This document shows positions 40,940 through 50,439 of a DNA stretch of 64,000 bases, in pieces (within the stretch, counting starts at the first letter, position 1; every line of letters starts with the position of its first letter). Below the pieces are notes generated by a model. That model did not search any database. It saw only the letters and a program-made list of their open reading frames with translations, and was not told the origin of the DNA. The position numbers were made by a program, and so were the translations under genes. Source of the stretch: a plasmid; sequence record NZ_CP094333.1; one strand, 5' to 3'.

Positions 40940-41290
40940 TCAGCGGTCAGCCGCCAGTTCTTCAGCCAGCTTCACAAACCCTTTGTGCTCAGTCTGCAGG
41001 TACTGACTGTAAATCCGGGCGTCACGTTCTGTCAGTCCGGATGGATTGCCAGTGAAGTAACGTTGCAGCACCGCAATACAGTGATTGTAGGTATCGAGAT
41101 CGTATTCCCAGTTTCCCAGCTCACCGGCCACATCCAGCTCCCGGCGAAACTGCTCGTATTTACGGAGCAGAATGCCAAGACCTAATTCTGTGGCAGCATA
41201 AACATTATTTTCTCCTGGCGCGGAAATCGCATTGCGAATTTTTTCAAAAGCATAACTGAAATCATTTCTCTCATTGAATGCAGTAAACAT
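40940..41290 (-). CDS. Hypothetical protein (116 aa), first gene of the operon with 40262-40870
   Basis: ORF with 70-bp spacing to the downstream gene. Confidence 0.4.
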   Translation of the reverse strand: MFTAFNERNDFSYAFEKIRNAISAPGENNVYAATELGLGILLRKYEQFRRELDVAGELGNWEYDLDTYNHCIAVLQRYFTGNPSGLTERDARIYSQYLQTEHKGFVKLAEELAADR

Positions 41291-41859
41291 GTCATTTCCT
41301 CAGTTGAATAGTTAGCCGTGCAATTTTACCACACCTCAATCATCGCCAGATGAGTGCTACTCTGTTGAGAAAGTGACTTTCACAAAAATGGATTTCACAT
41401 ATTGAAATAATAATCAGGCATATAACCACTCCATTAAATTATCGAACAGTGGTTTTCAGATGATCCGATTTACTGCGTATTTACAACTTTCCGGAAGTGA
41501 ATCAGGATCAGTGAATAAGCGAAGCGATCTTTTCTGCCGCTGATGACTGGCTCGGGAACACGGGAAGAAACACAACATACAGTGTCATGTCAGCGGAGCG
41601 GGACACCACATCCTGTGAAAGCGGACCAGCGGGCGGCAGCGAAGGATCCGCGGATCCGTAACTTGGGGTTTTCGGATCTCCGTGCTGAAGATGAGGAGTT
41701 CTCCTCACGCCTGGTTAAACTTTATCTTGCTTAGCACCACTTTTATCATTATGAATTCACATATTGAAATCGGGAAGCAAAATAAATATCTTAACAACAA
41801 ACATCTTATTTCAATGCAAGTGGTGGATGTTGAGAGTGTCACGTCCTTCGGAGAAAGAA

Positions 41860-42441
41860 ATGACTGAACAGAATGAAAATGCCGAAAAAGGATCCACACG
41901 CACGCTGACCGTGCGAAACATGCCTTTTGATGTGGATAACGAAATCACGGAACAGGCGAGGGCGGCAGGAAAGTCAAAAAGTGATTTTGTCAAAGAATTC
42001 CTCTCAGCCTCCTTCGGGGATCTGATCGGTAACTTTATGCGCGGAAATGGCCTCGTGGCGCTGATGGATAAAGACGTGGCCACAATGATGAAGGCAGCCC
42101 TCGCCGATTACTGGTATGACAGCGCCCAGACGCTCGCTGAAAACCGGGCCTGGTGCCGTTTACTGGGCATTTATAAAGAAGAAGATCTGCAGCATATTAT
42201 GCGTAACGGCGTTCCCCTGCTTGAACTGCGCGCCGCACAGCTACCTGGCATCACCCATATCCCGCATGGCACGTCACTGGCGTTTGCCCTCTTCATTGAG
42301 GCTGCTCGCCGCGATTTACCGACGCTAATCAGAGTGCATAAAGAACTGTTCTTCCTGCAGAAAGAAGGGGATTTTCTGGACATGGTCGACCAGATACGGC
42401 AAGCACTGCGCCTGCCGCCCACAGAACGGTCTGTTTTCTGA
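41860..42441 (+). CDS. Ribbon-helix-helix (CopG/Arc-like) N-terminal domain protein with an approximately 150-aa C-terminal domain
   Basis: Start MTEQNENAEKG with RBS ggagaaagaa. RHH signature TLTVRNMPFDVDNEITEQARAAGKSKSDFVKEFL. Confidence 0.45.
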   Translation: MTEQNENAEKGSTRTLTVRNMPFDVDNEITEQARAAGKSKSDFVKEFLSASFGDLIGNFMRGNGLVALMDKDVATMMKAALADYWYDSAQTLAENRAWCRLLGIYKEEDLQHIMRNGVPLLELRAAQLPGITHIPHGTSLAFALFIEAARRDLPTLIRVHKELFFLQKEGDFLDMVDQIRQALRLPPTERSVF

Positions 42442-42620
42442 CGTTCTGAAACGAGAAAAGCCATCCTGAGGAATGGCTTTTCCTATACGAACTCCGCTGA
42501 AATCGTAAACAATATTATTGTCCGAATATTTCTATGAGGTATACTGACGTAAGCGTCAACCACTTGCGCGTCAAGGGTTTCCGCCATCTTACTGAATACT
42601 TTGAATTTGCGGAGGTGCCA

Positions 42621-42956
42621 ATGATCACTCATTCACCATTCACTATTGCTGATAACTATGCTCTTTTGGGTAGTTTTTGCATACCTGGCGTTCAGGGTAA
42701 ATTCGAAGTACGTTCAAATAATACCCGCGAGAAGCGTCCGATGCTGATCGTGGTGCATGAAAACTGGCAGCAAGCAACCCGTCGCGACCGTGTTGTGCCG
42801 CTGGTTGTTGTTCAGTTTGAAGAAGATGGCCGTAAGAAATGCATAGAACAGAAAGAAACCGAGCTATCAAAATCGGTGAATCTGGCTGATTTCAGCCGCC
42901 GCGCGATAGAATTTTTTCAATGGAATGAGCACGGTAATCTGGCATGTCACCACTGA
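42621..42956 (+). CDS. Hypothetical protein (111 aa from MITHSPF), first gene of an overlapping two-gene operon
   Basis: Strong RBS gcggaggtgccaATG. Its stop overlaps the next gene's start. Confidence 0.45.
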   Translation: MITHSPFTIADNYALLGSFCIPGVQGKFEVRSNNTREKRPMLIVVHENWQQATRRDRVVPLVVVQFEEDGRKKCIEQKETELSKSVNLADFSRRAIEFFQWNEHGNLACHH

Positions 42957-43591
42957 TAATACGCGAACACGATAAAAAATTAATCTGGCCTGAAGATCTC
43001 AATGAAGCGGGCCAGTCCTACCAAAAATTAGAAAACATCACTGACGACGCAGGCTTTAAGCACGAGGTCATTCTTGAAGACATCGGCGAACAAGCACGTC
43101 TTTACTTGCGTCATATCGAGTCAAATGAAGTTTCCGCAAACTATATGCTTGAGTTTGCTCTGGAAGCTCCAGAGGGTTTTCCTGATCGTATTCCGCAGGT
43201 TATCAGTGCATTTGTCGGCGATGAATATAGGGCAGTAAAACTGTCCCAGCACGTATACCGGCTAATCATGGCACATTATGGTGTCGTTGTAAGCGATACG
43301 CAGCAGACCGCTGGCGGCATATATATCTGGCTCTATATGGCTCTGGGGAATGACGTGCTGATTAACGTCATGAAAATTCATGGGGAAAAACTGGAGTATC
43401 AGCTAAATGCCGCTGGTAAGCCTGAAGCTTATTGTGGCAAACTCGACCTACTGGAACAGGCTGGCGATACTATCTGGGGTGGCCCAGATGAAGTGGTTGC
43501 TGAAATAAACCTAGAGCGTCTGGGCTTTAAGCCGACGCACCAGGATATGCAGCATATTGTTTTGGCCGCTCGCCTCAATACTAATTCGTAG
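42944..43591 (+). CDS. Hypothetical protein (215 aa), translationally coupled to 42621-42956
   Basis: 13-nt start/stop overlap with the upstream gene. Confidence 0.45.
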   Translation: MSPLIIREHDKKLIWPEDLNEAGQSYQKLENITDDAGFKHEVILEDIGEQARLYLRHIESNEVSANYMLEFALEAPEGFPDRIPQVISAFVGDEYRAVKLSQHVYRLIMAHYGVVVSDTQQTAGGIYIWLYMALGNDVLINVMKIHGEKLEYQLNAAGKPEAYCGKLDLLEQAGDTIWGGPDEVVAEINLERLGFKPTHQDMQHIVLAARLNTNS

Positions 43592-43635
43592 TAAAGAATT
43601 CCGGCGTCAGCGACTCAGGGCTCCGTTTGGGAAAC

Positions 43636-43856
43636 GGAGCCTTATAAAGGCTGGACCTTGTTCTGGAAGAACTATGATCGACTCCCCCATATCTACCGTT
43701 CGCAATGGCGATATCAGCGACGCTTCATTCTCAAAAGAATCTGGAAACGCATCAGAACCGGCTAAGCCGGTTCTTCCAGCAGCATCCCCAACCCGGCCAG
43801 CCAGCACAGACAGCACCAGGTGGTGAACACCATTCTGGTCTCGCCGGATTTCCACT
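43636..43856. repeat. Direct repeat A (about 220 bp) covering the 3' end of the XRE gene. It is duplicated at 45598-45831
   Basis: ataaaggctggaccttgttctggaagaactatgatcgactccccc... is about 93% identical to copy B. Confidence 0.8.
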
Positions 43857-44046
43857 TACGGATGGTGCGCTCGTCCACATCTAGCCGGTTGGCCAGCTGG
43901 ATATCTGTGAGCGGGATCAGCGCCCGGACCACGCTGACTTCACTGGCTGAAGGTGCCATCCAGCTCTCGCCCGAGCACAGTGTTTCAGGGTTAAATTTCT
44001 CTAGTTCTATCAGCCCCTGAACCTGACGGGCATTTTCTGCCTTCAT
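43762..44046 (-). CDS. XRE-family HTH protein (94 aa) downstream of the DUF3800-like gene
   Basis: HTH segment LTDIQLANRLDVDERTIRKWKSGE. Lies 20 bp after the stop of 44066-45199. Confidence 0.5.
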   Translation of the reverse strand: MKAENARQVQGLIELEKFNPETLCSGESWMAPSASEVSVVRALIPLTDIQLANRLDVDERTIRKWKSGETRMVFTTWCCLCWLAGLGMLLEEPA

Positions 44047-44065
44047 ATGCGGTTAACCTTTCTGA

Positions 44066-45199
44066 TCAGGATTGCGACACACTTTGTACACGATGGGCAA
44101 GACGGCGCGTTTCTTCCACGGCCCTGAGTTCATTTGCTTTTTCTATCATTTCTGCGGTTGGTTCAGAAAGTTTTTCAAAAAACTCCTTAAACCTCTTTGC
44201 AACTGACTGCAGAGAAACACTGTCAGTTCTCGCTGTTTTAAGATTGGTGTAGACGAGGCGGGAGAGGGGTTTGGTCAGTTCCTTCCGTTCCATGTATCGT
44301 TTGAAGATCCAGAGATAAATATCAACCAGTTCCAGCCCGGCACTCATCGTTCCCGACTGGAAGACAAGCGGTTTTGCTGGCATGTTCTTCATATCCATGA
44401 CAGGCAAACCCGGCCCCAGTGCCCACGGCTGTTCGCGGATCTGGTAGTAAAACTCGTTCAACTCCCGCTGGGTGGTGTTGAACTGTGACTGCTGGTCAAC
44501 AATGATATCTGCTTTCCGGTTCGGTGCCCCCAGACGAGAACAGATCCCGTGCAAAACGGACTGAAAACCAATCATATTGGGCATGATCTGCAACTTTTCC
44601 TTATTGGTTTTGCAGTTGTACCCCAGCTCATCAAAGTTGACCATCGCCCAAGATAGGGCATCGGTAATGAGTTCAACTGAACGGGCATCACCCAGAGAGT
44701 GAACGCGCTGAAGCAGCACTCCACAAACCTCACTGAATAATGAGCAAGAACGTTCATCATGAGCCTCAAGACGGGCACGCCACGCTTTTTCAGCCAGCTC
44801 ATCATCAAACAGATTAGACAGATTCAGCAGCAGGGGATAGCGCAGAGGGGTCCAGTAGGCACTCCAGGGCACAACCGGATTCAGTCCCTGATCAAACACC
44901 TGGTCGAAGAACGAAATAATGGCGTGATCGCGCTTAACCACCTGCCAGATATCAAACCGTATCCGGTGATTTTTCTGCAGGACCAGCAGCGTATCCACAA
45001 CTTCTGAAAGGCGGTGCACGCCCAGTTCCGCAGCGTGCAGGCGCTCCACGCCCAGAGTTTTGCGTAATGCGGCAAGATCCGCTTCAGCAACCTTATCTAG
45101 GTCAGCCTCTGAGGACAGAACTCCGTAGGAGAGGATTGGCTGGGTTTTGTCAAAAAGGTTTCGGCCAGTCTGGCCTGTTTCATCCACATAAAAGTGCAT
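44066..45199 (-). CDS. DUF3800-like protein (377 aa) of unknown function
   Basis: N-terminus MHFYVDETGQTG resembles the (Y/I)xDESG start of DUF3800 proteins. This is a motif-level call only. Confidence 0.45.
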   Translation of the reverse strand: MHFYVDETGQTGRNLFDKTQPILSYGVLSSEADLDKVAEADLAALRKTLGVERLHAAELGVHRLSEVVDTLLVLQKNHRIRFDIWQVVKRDHAIISFFDQVFDQGLNPVVPWSAYWTPLRYPLLLNLSNLFDDELAEKAWRARLEAHDERSCSLFSEVCGVLLQRVHSLGDARSVELITDALSWAMVNFDELGYNCKTNKEKLQIMPNMIGFQSVLHGICSRLGAPNRKADIIVDQQSQFNTTQRELNEFYYQIREQPWALGPGLPVMDMKNMPAKPLVFQSGTMSAGLELVDIYLWIFKRYMERKELTKPLSRLVYTNLKTARTDSVSLQSVAKRFKEFFEKLSEPTAEMIEKANELRAVEETRRLAHRVQSVSQS

Positions 45200-45597
45200 T
45201 CAGATATCCTTTTCAAGGCAGGAGGAAAAGAAACGGCATAATTCAAATCAATGTAAAACCTTCCTGTTGCCGGCTGCAAGTGATCCTCTTAAATAAGTTT
45301 TCGGATCTCAGGAAGGGAAAAAAACAGATTTTTGCAGGATAAGCACTAAAAACGGTGAATTGTTGTGATGAGTGGATTATTGCCTGAGAGGCAAAATTCA
45401 CGAAAGAGCTAGCCTGAAATGGCAACAAATAGGCCAGAGAAACTTTTTTCAGTTCATTTTCATCAACCGGCCTTAAAGGCCGCTTCGGATTTCCTAAATA
45501 CAGTTTTACATAAGGAACATCGTATGACTGTATTTCTCATGGCCGTTTTCTTTGGCCTCTTAAAAACTGGCTCTCTCATTGCCCTACTTGTTGATGC

Positions 45598-45831
45598 CTA
45601 TAAAGGCTGGACCTTGTTTTGGAAGAACTATGATCGACTCCCCCATATCTACCGTTCACAATGGCGATATCAGCGACGCTTCATACTCAAAAGAATCTGG
45701 AAACGCATCAGAACCGGCTAAGCCGGTTCTTCCAGCAGCATTCCCAGCCCGGCCAGCCAGCACAGGCAGCACCAGGTGGTGAATACCATACTGGTCTCGC
45801 CGGATTTCCCCTTGCGGATGGTGCGTTCGCC
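45598..45831. repeat. Direct repeat B (copy of 43636-43856), truncated by IS26
   Basis: Homology ends 13 bp into the XRE-gene tail at the IS26 inverted repeat. Confidence 0.8.
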
Positions 45832-46651
45832 GGCACTGTTGCAAAGTTAGCGATGAGGCAGCCTTTTGTCTTATTCAAAGGCCTTACATTTCAAAAACTC
45901 TGCTTACCAGGCGCATTTCGCCCAGGGGATCACCATAATAAAATGCTGAGGCCTGGCCTTTGCGTAGTGCACGCATCACCTCAATACCTTTGATGGTGGC
46001 GTAAGCCGTCTTCATGGATTTAAATCCCAGCGTGGCGTTGATTATCCGTTTCAGTTTGCCATGATCGCATTCAATCACGTTGTTCCGGTACTTAATCTGT
46101 CGGTGTTCAACGTCAGACGGGCACCGGCCTTCGCGTTTGAGCAGAGCAAGCGCGCGACCATAGGCGGGCGCTTTATCCGTGTTGATGAATCGTGGGATCT
46201 GCCACTTCTTCACGTTGTTGAGGATTTTACCCAGAAACCGGTATGCAGCTTTGCTGTTACGACGGGAGGAGAGATAAAAATCGACAGTGCGGCCCCGGCT
46301 GTCGACGGCCCGGTACAGATACGCCCAGCGGCCATTGACCTTCACGTAGGTTTCATCCATGTGCCACGGGCAAAGATCGGAAGGGTTACGCCAGTACCAG
46401 CGCAGCCGTTTTTCCATTTCAGGCGCATAACGCTGAACCCAGCGGTAAATCGTGGAGTGATCGACATTCACTCCGCGTTCAGCCAGCATCTCCTGCAGCT
46501 CACGGTAACTGATGCCGTATTTGCAGTACCAGCGTACGGCCCACAGAATGATGTCACGCTGAAAATGCCGGCCTTTGAATGGGTTCATGTGCAGCTCCAT
46601 CAGCAAAAGGGGATGATAAGTTTATCACCACCGACTATTTGCAACAGTGCC
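45832..46651 (-). mobile_element. IS26 (820 bp), copy 1
   Basis: 14-bp inverted repeats GGCACTGTTGCAAA at both ends. tnpA on the minus strand. Confidence 0.95.
45884..46606 (-). CDS. tnpA: IS26 transposase Tnp26
   Basis: 240 aa, [34 protein letters not shown]... Confidence 0.95.
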   Translation of the reverse strand: MLMELHMNPFKGRHFQRDIILWAVRWYCKYGISYRELQEMLAERGVNVDHSTIYRWVQRYAPEMEKRLRWYWRNPSDLCPWHMDETYVKVNGRWAYLYRAVDSRGRTVDFYLSSRRNSKAAYRFLGKILNNVKKWQIPRFINTDKAPAYGRALALLKREGRCPSDVEHRQIKYRNNVIECDHGKLKRIINATLGFKSMKTAYATIKGIEVMRALRKGQASAFYYGDPLGEMRLVSRVFEM

Positions 46652-46986
46652 CAGATACGCCCAGCGGCCATTGACCTTCACGTAGGTTTCATCCATGTGC
46701 CACGGGCAAAGATCGGAAGGGTTACGCCAGTACCAGCGCAGCCGTTTTTCCATTTCAGGCGCATAACGCTGAACCCAGCGGTAAATCGTGGAGTGATCGA
46801 CATTCACTCCGCGTTCAGCCAGCATCTCCTGCAGCTCACGGTAACTGATGCCGTATTTGCAGTACCAGCGTACGGCCCACAGAATGATGTCACGCTGAAA
46901 ATGCCGGCCTTTGAATGGGTTCATGTGCAGCTCCATCAGCAAAAGGGGATGATAAGTTTATCACCACCGACTATTTGCAACAGTGC
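46652..46986 (-). mobile_element. Truncated IS26 (3'-terminal 335 bp) abutting copy 1
   Basis: Starts at an internal IS26 position (cagatacgcccagcggccattgacc) and runs to the inverted repeat ...TTTGCAACAGTGCC. Confidence 0.85.
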
Positions 46987-47094
46987 CGTTTACTCATACC
47001 TAGATTCTACGTCAGTACTTCAAAAAGCATAATCAAAGCCTTGATAAATATGCATTCCTTCGAAATTCAGCTTTCACCCATTGGGTGAAAGAAA

Positions 47095-47395
47095 AGTGCT
47101 CAACATAAAATACTCGAAGAAGATTTAGGCATAGATGTATATTTCTGTGACCCACATTCACCCTGGCAAAAAGGCACATGCGAAAATATGAATGGTTTAA
47201 TTAGGCAATATTTACCTAAAGGGATTGATTTAAATCAGGCAGATCAGCATTATTTAAATCAAGTTGCCATGTCACTGAATACTCGTCCTAGAAAGGCGTT
47301 AGATTGGCTTACACCATTAGAGAAATTTGCTCAGCTTGTTGATTATCATATGGCTTTTGAAACTGTCGCACCTCATGTTTGAATTCGCCCCATAT
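47095..47395 (+). mobile_element. Truncated ISAba125 (3' end of an IS30-family transposase gene). It supplies the blaNDM promoter
   Basis: In-frame fragment ...FCDPHSPWQKGTCENMNGLIRQYLPKG...HMAFETVAPHV directly upstream of blaNDM, the canonical context. Confidence 0.7.
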
Positions 47396-47479
47396 TTTTG
47401 CTACAGTGAACCAAATTAAGATCATCTATTTACTAGGCCTCGCATTTGCGGGGTTTTTAATGCTGAATAAAAGGAAAAC

Positions 47480-48295
47480 TTGATGGAATTGCCCAATATT
47501 ATGCACCCGGTCGCGAAGCTGAGCACCGCATTAGCCGCTGCATTGATGCTGAGCGGGTGCATGCCCGGTGAAATCCGCCCGACGATTGGCCAGCAAATGG
47601 AAACTGGCGACCAACGGTTTGGCGATCTGGTTTTCCGCCAGCTCGCACCGAATGTCTGGCAGCACACTTCCTATCTCGACATGCCGGGTTTCGGGGCAGT
47701 CGCTTCCAACGGTTTGATCGTCAGGGATGGCGGCCGCGTGCTGTTGGTCGATACCGCCTGGACCGATGACCAGACCGCCCAGATCCTCAACTGGATCAAG
47801 CAGGAGATCAACCTGCCGGTCGCGCTGGCGGTGGTGACTCACGCGCATCAGGACAAGATGGGCGGTATGGACGCGCTGCATGCGGCGGGGATTGCGACTT
47901 ATGCCAATGCGTTGTCGAACCAGCTTGCCCCGCAAGAGGGGCTGGTTGCGGCGCAACACAGCCTGACTTTCGCCGCCAATGGCTGGGTCGAACCAGCAAC
48001 CGCGCCCAACTTTGGCCCGCTCAAGGTATTTTACCCCGGCCCCGGCCACACCAGTGACAATATCACCGTTGGGATCGACGGCACCGACATCGCTTTTGGT
48101 GGCTGCCTGATCAAGGACAGCAAGGCCAAGTCGCTCGGCAATCTCGGTGATGCCGACACTGAGCACTACGCCGCGTCAGCGCGCGCGTTTGGTGCAGCGT
48201 TCCCCAAGGCCAGCATGATCGTGATGAGCCATTCCGCCCCCGATAGCCGCGCCGCAATCACTCATACGGCCCGCATGGCCGACAAGCTGCGCTGA
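47480..48295 (+). CDS. blaNDM-5: NDM-5 metallo-beta-lactamase (carbapenemase)
   Basis: NDM sequence with Leu at position 88 (RVLLVDTAW) and Leu at 154 ([10 protein letters not shown]). The V88L plus M154L pair defines NDM-5. Confidence 0.9.
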   Translation: MMELPNIMHPVAKLSTALAAALMLSGCMPGEIRPTIGQQMETGDQRFGDLVFRQLAPNVWQHTSYLDMPGFGAVASNGLIVRDGGRVLLVDTAWTDDQTAQILNWIKQEINLPVALAVVTHAHQDKMGGMDALHAAGIATYANALSNQLAPQEGLVAAQHSLTFAANGWVEPATAPNFGPLKVFYPGPGHTSDNITVGIDGTDIAFGGCLIKDSKAKSLGNLGDADTEHYAASARAFGAAFPKASMIVMSHSAPDSRAAITHTARMADKLR

Positions 48296-48298
48296 GCC

Positions 48299-48664
48299 AT
48301 GGCTGACCACGTCACCCCCAATCTGCCATCGCGCGATTTCGATGTGACAGAGGCGTTTTATGCGAAGCTGGGCTTTGCGACGAGTTGGAAGGATCGCGGC
48401 TGGATGATCCTGCAGCGCGGCGGTTTGCAGCTCGAATTCTTCCCCTATCCTGACCTCGACCCAGCTACGAGCTCGTTCGGCTGTTGCCTGCGGTTGGATG
48501 ATCTCGATGCCATGGTGGCATTGGTGAACGCGGCGGGAGCCGAGGAAAAAAGCACCGGCTGGCCGCGCTTCAAAGCTCCGCAACTGGAGGCGAGCGGCCT
48601 GAGGATCGGCTACCTGATCGATCCCGACTGCACGCTGGTGCGGCTGATCCAGAACCCCGACTGA
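48299..48664 (+). CDS. bleMBL: Bleomycin-resistance protein BleMBL
   Basis: 121 aa directly after blaNDM, the canonical position. Confidence 0.9.
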   Translation: MADHVTPNLPSRDFDVTEAFYAKLGFATSWKDRGWMILQRGGLQLEFFPYPDLDPATSSFGCCLRLDDLDAMVALVNAAGAEEKSTGWPRFKAPQLEASGLRIGYLIDPDCTLVRLIQNPD

Positions 48665-48668
48665 CCGC

Positions 48669-49307
48669 ATGCCCGCGAAAATCAAGATTTGCGGGATCAG
48701 CACACCCGAGGCGCTCGATGCGACCATCGCGGCGCGGGCGGACTATGCCGGGTTGGTGTTCTATCCAGCGTCGCCCCGTGCGGTTACGTCGAATGTCGCG
48801 GGCGCTTTGACATCGCGCGCAGCTGGCCAGATCGCCATGGTCGGTTTGTTCGTCGATGCGGATGATGCTGTCATCGCCGACGCACTGGTGGCAGCCAAGC
48901 TGAACGCGCTGCAGCTGCACGGTTCGGAATCGCCCGAACGCGTGGCCCAGTTGCGCGCGCGGTTTGGCAAGCCGGTGTGGAAGGCGCTGCCCGTCGCCAG
49001 CGCCAGCGATGTCGCACGCGCCGCAGCCTATGCCGGGGCGGCGGACTTGATCTTGTTCGACGCCAAGACCCCCAAAGGCGCGCTGCCCGGCGGCATGGGG
49101 TTGGCGTTCGACTGGTCGCTGCTGGCCGGATATCGCGGTGCCTTGCCGTGGGGGCTGGCAGGCGGGCTAAATCCGACGAATGTTGCCGAGGCGATTGCGC
49201 GCACCGGAGCGCCGCTGGTCGATACCTCCAGCGGCGTCGAAAGCGCGCCGGGCGTCAAGGATACCGACAAGATTACCAATTTCGCCTTTGCGGTGCGCTT
49301 GGCCTAA
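48669..49307 (+). CDS. trpF: Phosphoribosylanthranilate isomerase
   Basis: MPAKIKICGISTPEALDA..., canonical NDM neighbourhood gene. Confidence 0.85.
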   Translation: MPAKIKICGISTPEALDATIAARADYAGLVFYPASPRAVTSNVAGALTSRAAGQIAMVGLFVDADDAVIADALVAAKLNALQLHGSESPERVAQLRARFGKPVWKALPVASASDVARAAAYAGAADLILFDAKTPKGALPGGMGLAFDWSLLAGYRGALPWGLAGGLNPTNVAEAIARTGAPLVDTSSGVESAPGVKDTDKITNFAFAVRLA

Positions 49308-49317
49308 ATCGCGTCGA

Positions 49318-50349
49318 TCAATAGGCGTCGTTCAGCGCAAAGATCGGCTTGCGGGTGCGCCACTGCCCTCGGGTGAAGTCGGGAAAATCTAACGTGCGAT
49401 TGCCCTCAGCAATCGATTGTTCCGACAGAGGCGTGATCGCGCTCCAGGCCAGCGCGTCGTAAATGTCGATTGGCATCGGGGCCTTGGCCTTCAGCGCCTC
49501 GACAAAAGCGTGGATCACGAACCAGTCCATCCCGCCATGCCCGGCCCCTGCCGCCAGATCGGCGTAGCGTTTCCATAGCGGGTGATCGTATTTCGCAAAC
49601 CAGCCCTCGGCAGGCTCCCAGCGGTGCGGCTGTGGGCTCTTGCCCTCCAGATAGATCGACTTGTTGACGTCCATCCACAGCCCCTCGGTGCCTTGCACCC
49701 GAAAGCCGAGAGAATAGGGGCGCGGCAGCGAGGTGTCGTGGCACAGCATGATCGTTTCACCATTAGTGCAGCCGATCATGGTGTTGACCACATCACCCAG
49801 TGCGAATTTCACCTCGGCGTTGGGATGATCGGCAGAGCCGTTCTTGACGACATAATCATGCAGCCCGCGCGCCTTACAGCCGAAGCCGCCAGCGCCCGCT
49901 TCGCCCGGCAACGCGACCTTCAGGGTGCGGGTCTGCGGCGGGTAGCACACGCCGGCATCGGCGCAGCCCTGGTACTTCACGGTCAGGGTGGTCGCGCTCG
50001 CGCCGGCCGCGGGCGTGCCGGTGAGGGTGCCGAGCAATTCCTTGCGGTAGGTTTCGACGTCGCCGAAGAATTCGTCGCGGTAGGCCTTGCCCTTCGGCAG
50101 CGCCATGGTCGCGCCGGTGAAGGCGGCATCGGCCTTGACCGAGGTGCGGTGCCGGTACAGGTAATAGCCGTCGGCGATCCGCCAGCGCACCTCGATGCGG
50201 TCCGGCGCGGTGGCCTGCGCGGACAGGACGAAGACCTCGTCGACCGGCGGCAGTTCGAAGTCCTGGGCGACGGCCGAGGTCGCGGGCAGCGCAAGCAGCA
50301 GGGCGAGCCCGGCCAGCCAGCGGCGCAGGCGGATCGTGGATGCGGTCAT
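49318..50349 (-). CDS. dsbD: tat/dsbD-like gene of the NDM region (Tat-signal DsbD-alpha-like N-terminal domain plus an oxidoreductase-like C-terminal domain)
   Basis: N-terminus IRLRRWLAG...YQGCADAGVCYPPQ. The reading frame is uncertain because the region is GC-rich. Confidence 0.55.
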   Translation of the reverse strand: MTASTIRLRRWLAGLALLLALPATSAVAQDFELPPVDEVFVLSAQATAPDRIEVRWRIADGYYLYRHRTSVKADAAFTGATMALPKGKAYRDEFFGDVETYRKELLGTLTGTPAAGASATTLTVKYQGCADAGVCYPPQTRTLKVALPGEAGAGGFGCKARGLHDYVVKNGSADHPNAEVKFALGDVVNTMIGCTNGETIMLCHDTSLPRPYSLGFRVQGTEGLWMDVNKSIYLEGKSPQPHRWEPAEGWFAKYDHPLWKRYADLAAGAGHGGMDWFVIHAFVEALKAKAPMPIDIYDALAWSAITPLSEQSIAEGNRTLDFPDFTRGQWRTRKPIFALNDAY

Positions 50350-50439
50350 TGGCTCAGTTTACCGGTCGGCTCTCGGCGGCCAGCCATTGCAGGTATTCGG
50401 GCAGGCCGGACGCGGCTTCGACCGCGAGCGGGTATAGGA

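Noticed and set aside
46061-47032. 323-aa plus-strand ORF spanning IS26 and the truncated IS26 copy
   Set aside because: Antisense to tnpA of IS26 across the tandem junction; this is a repeat-generated artefact.
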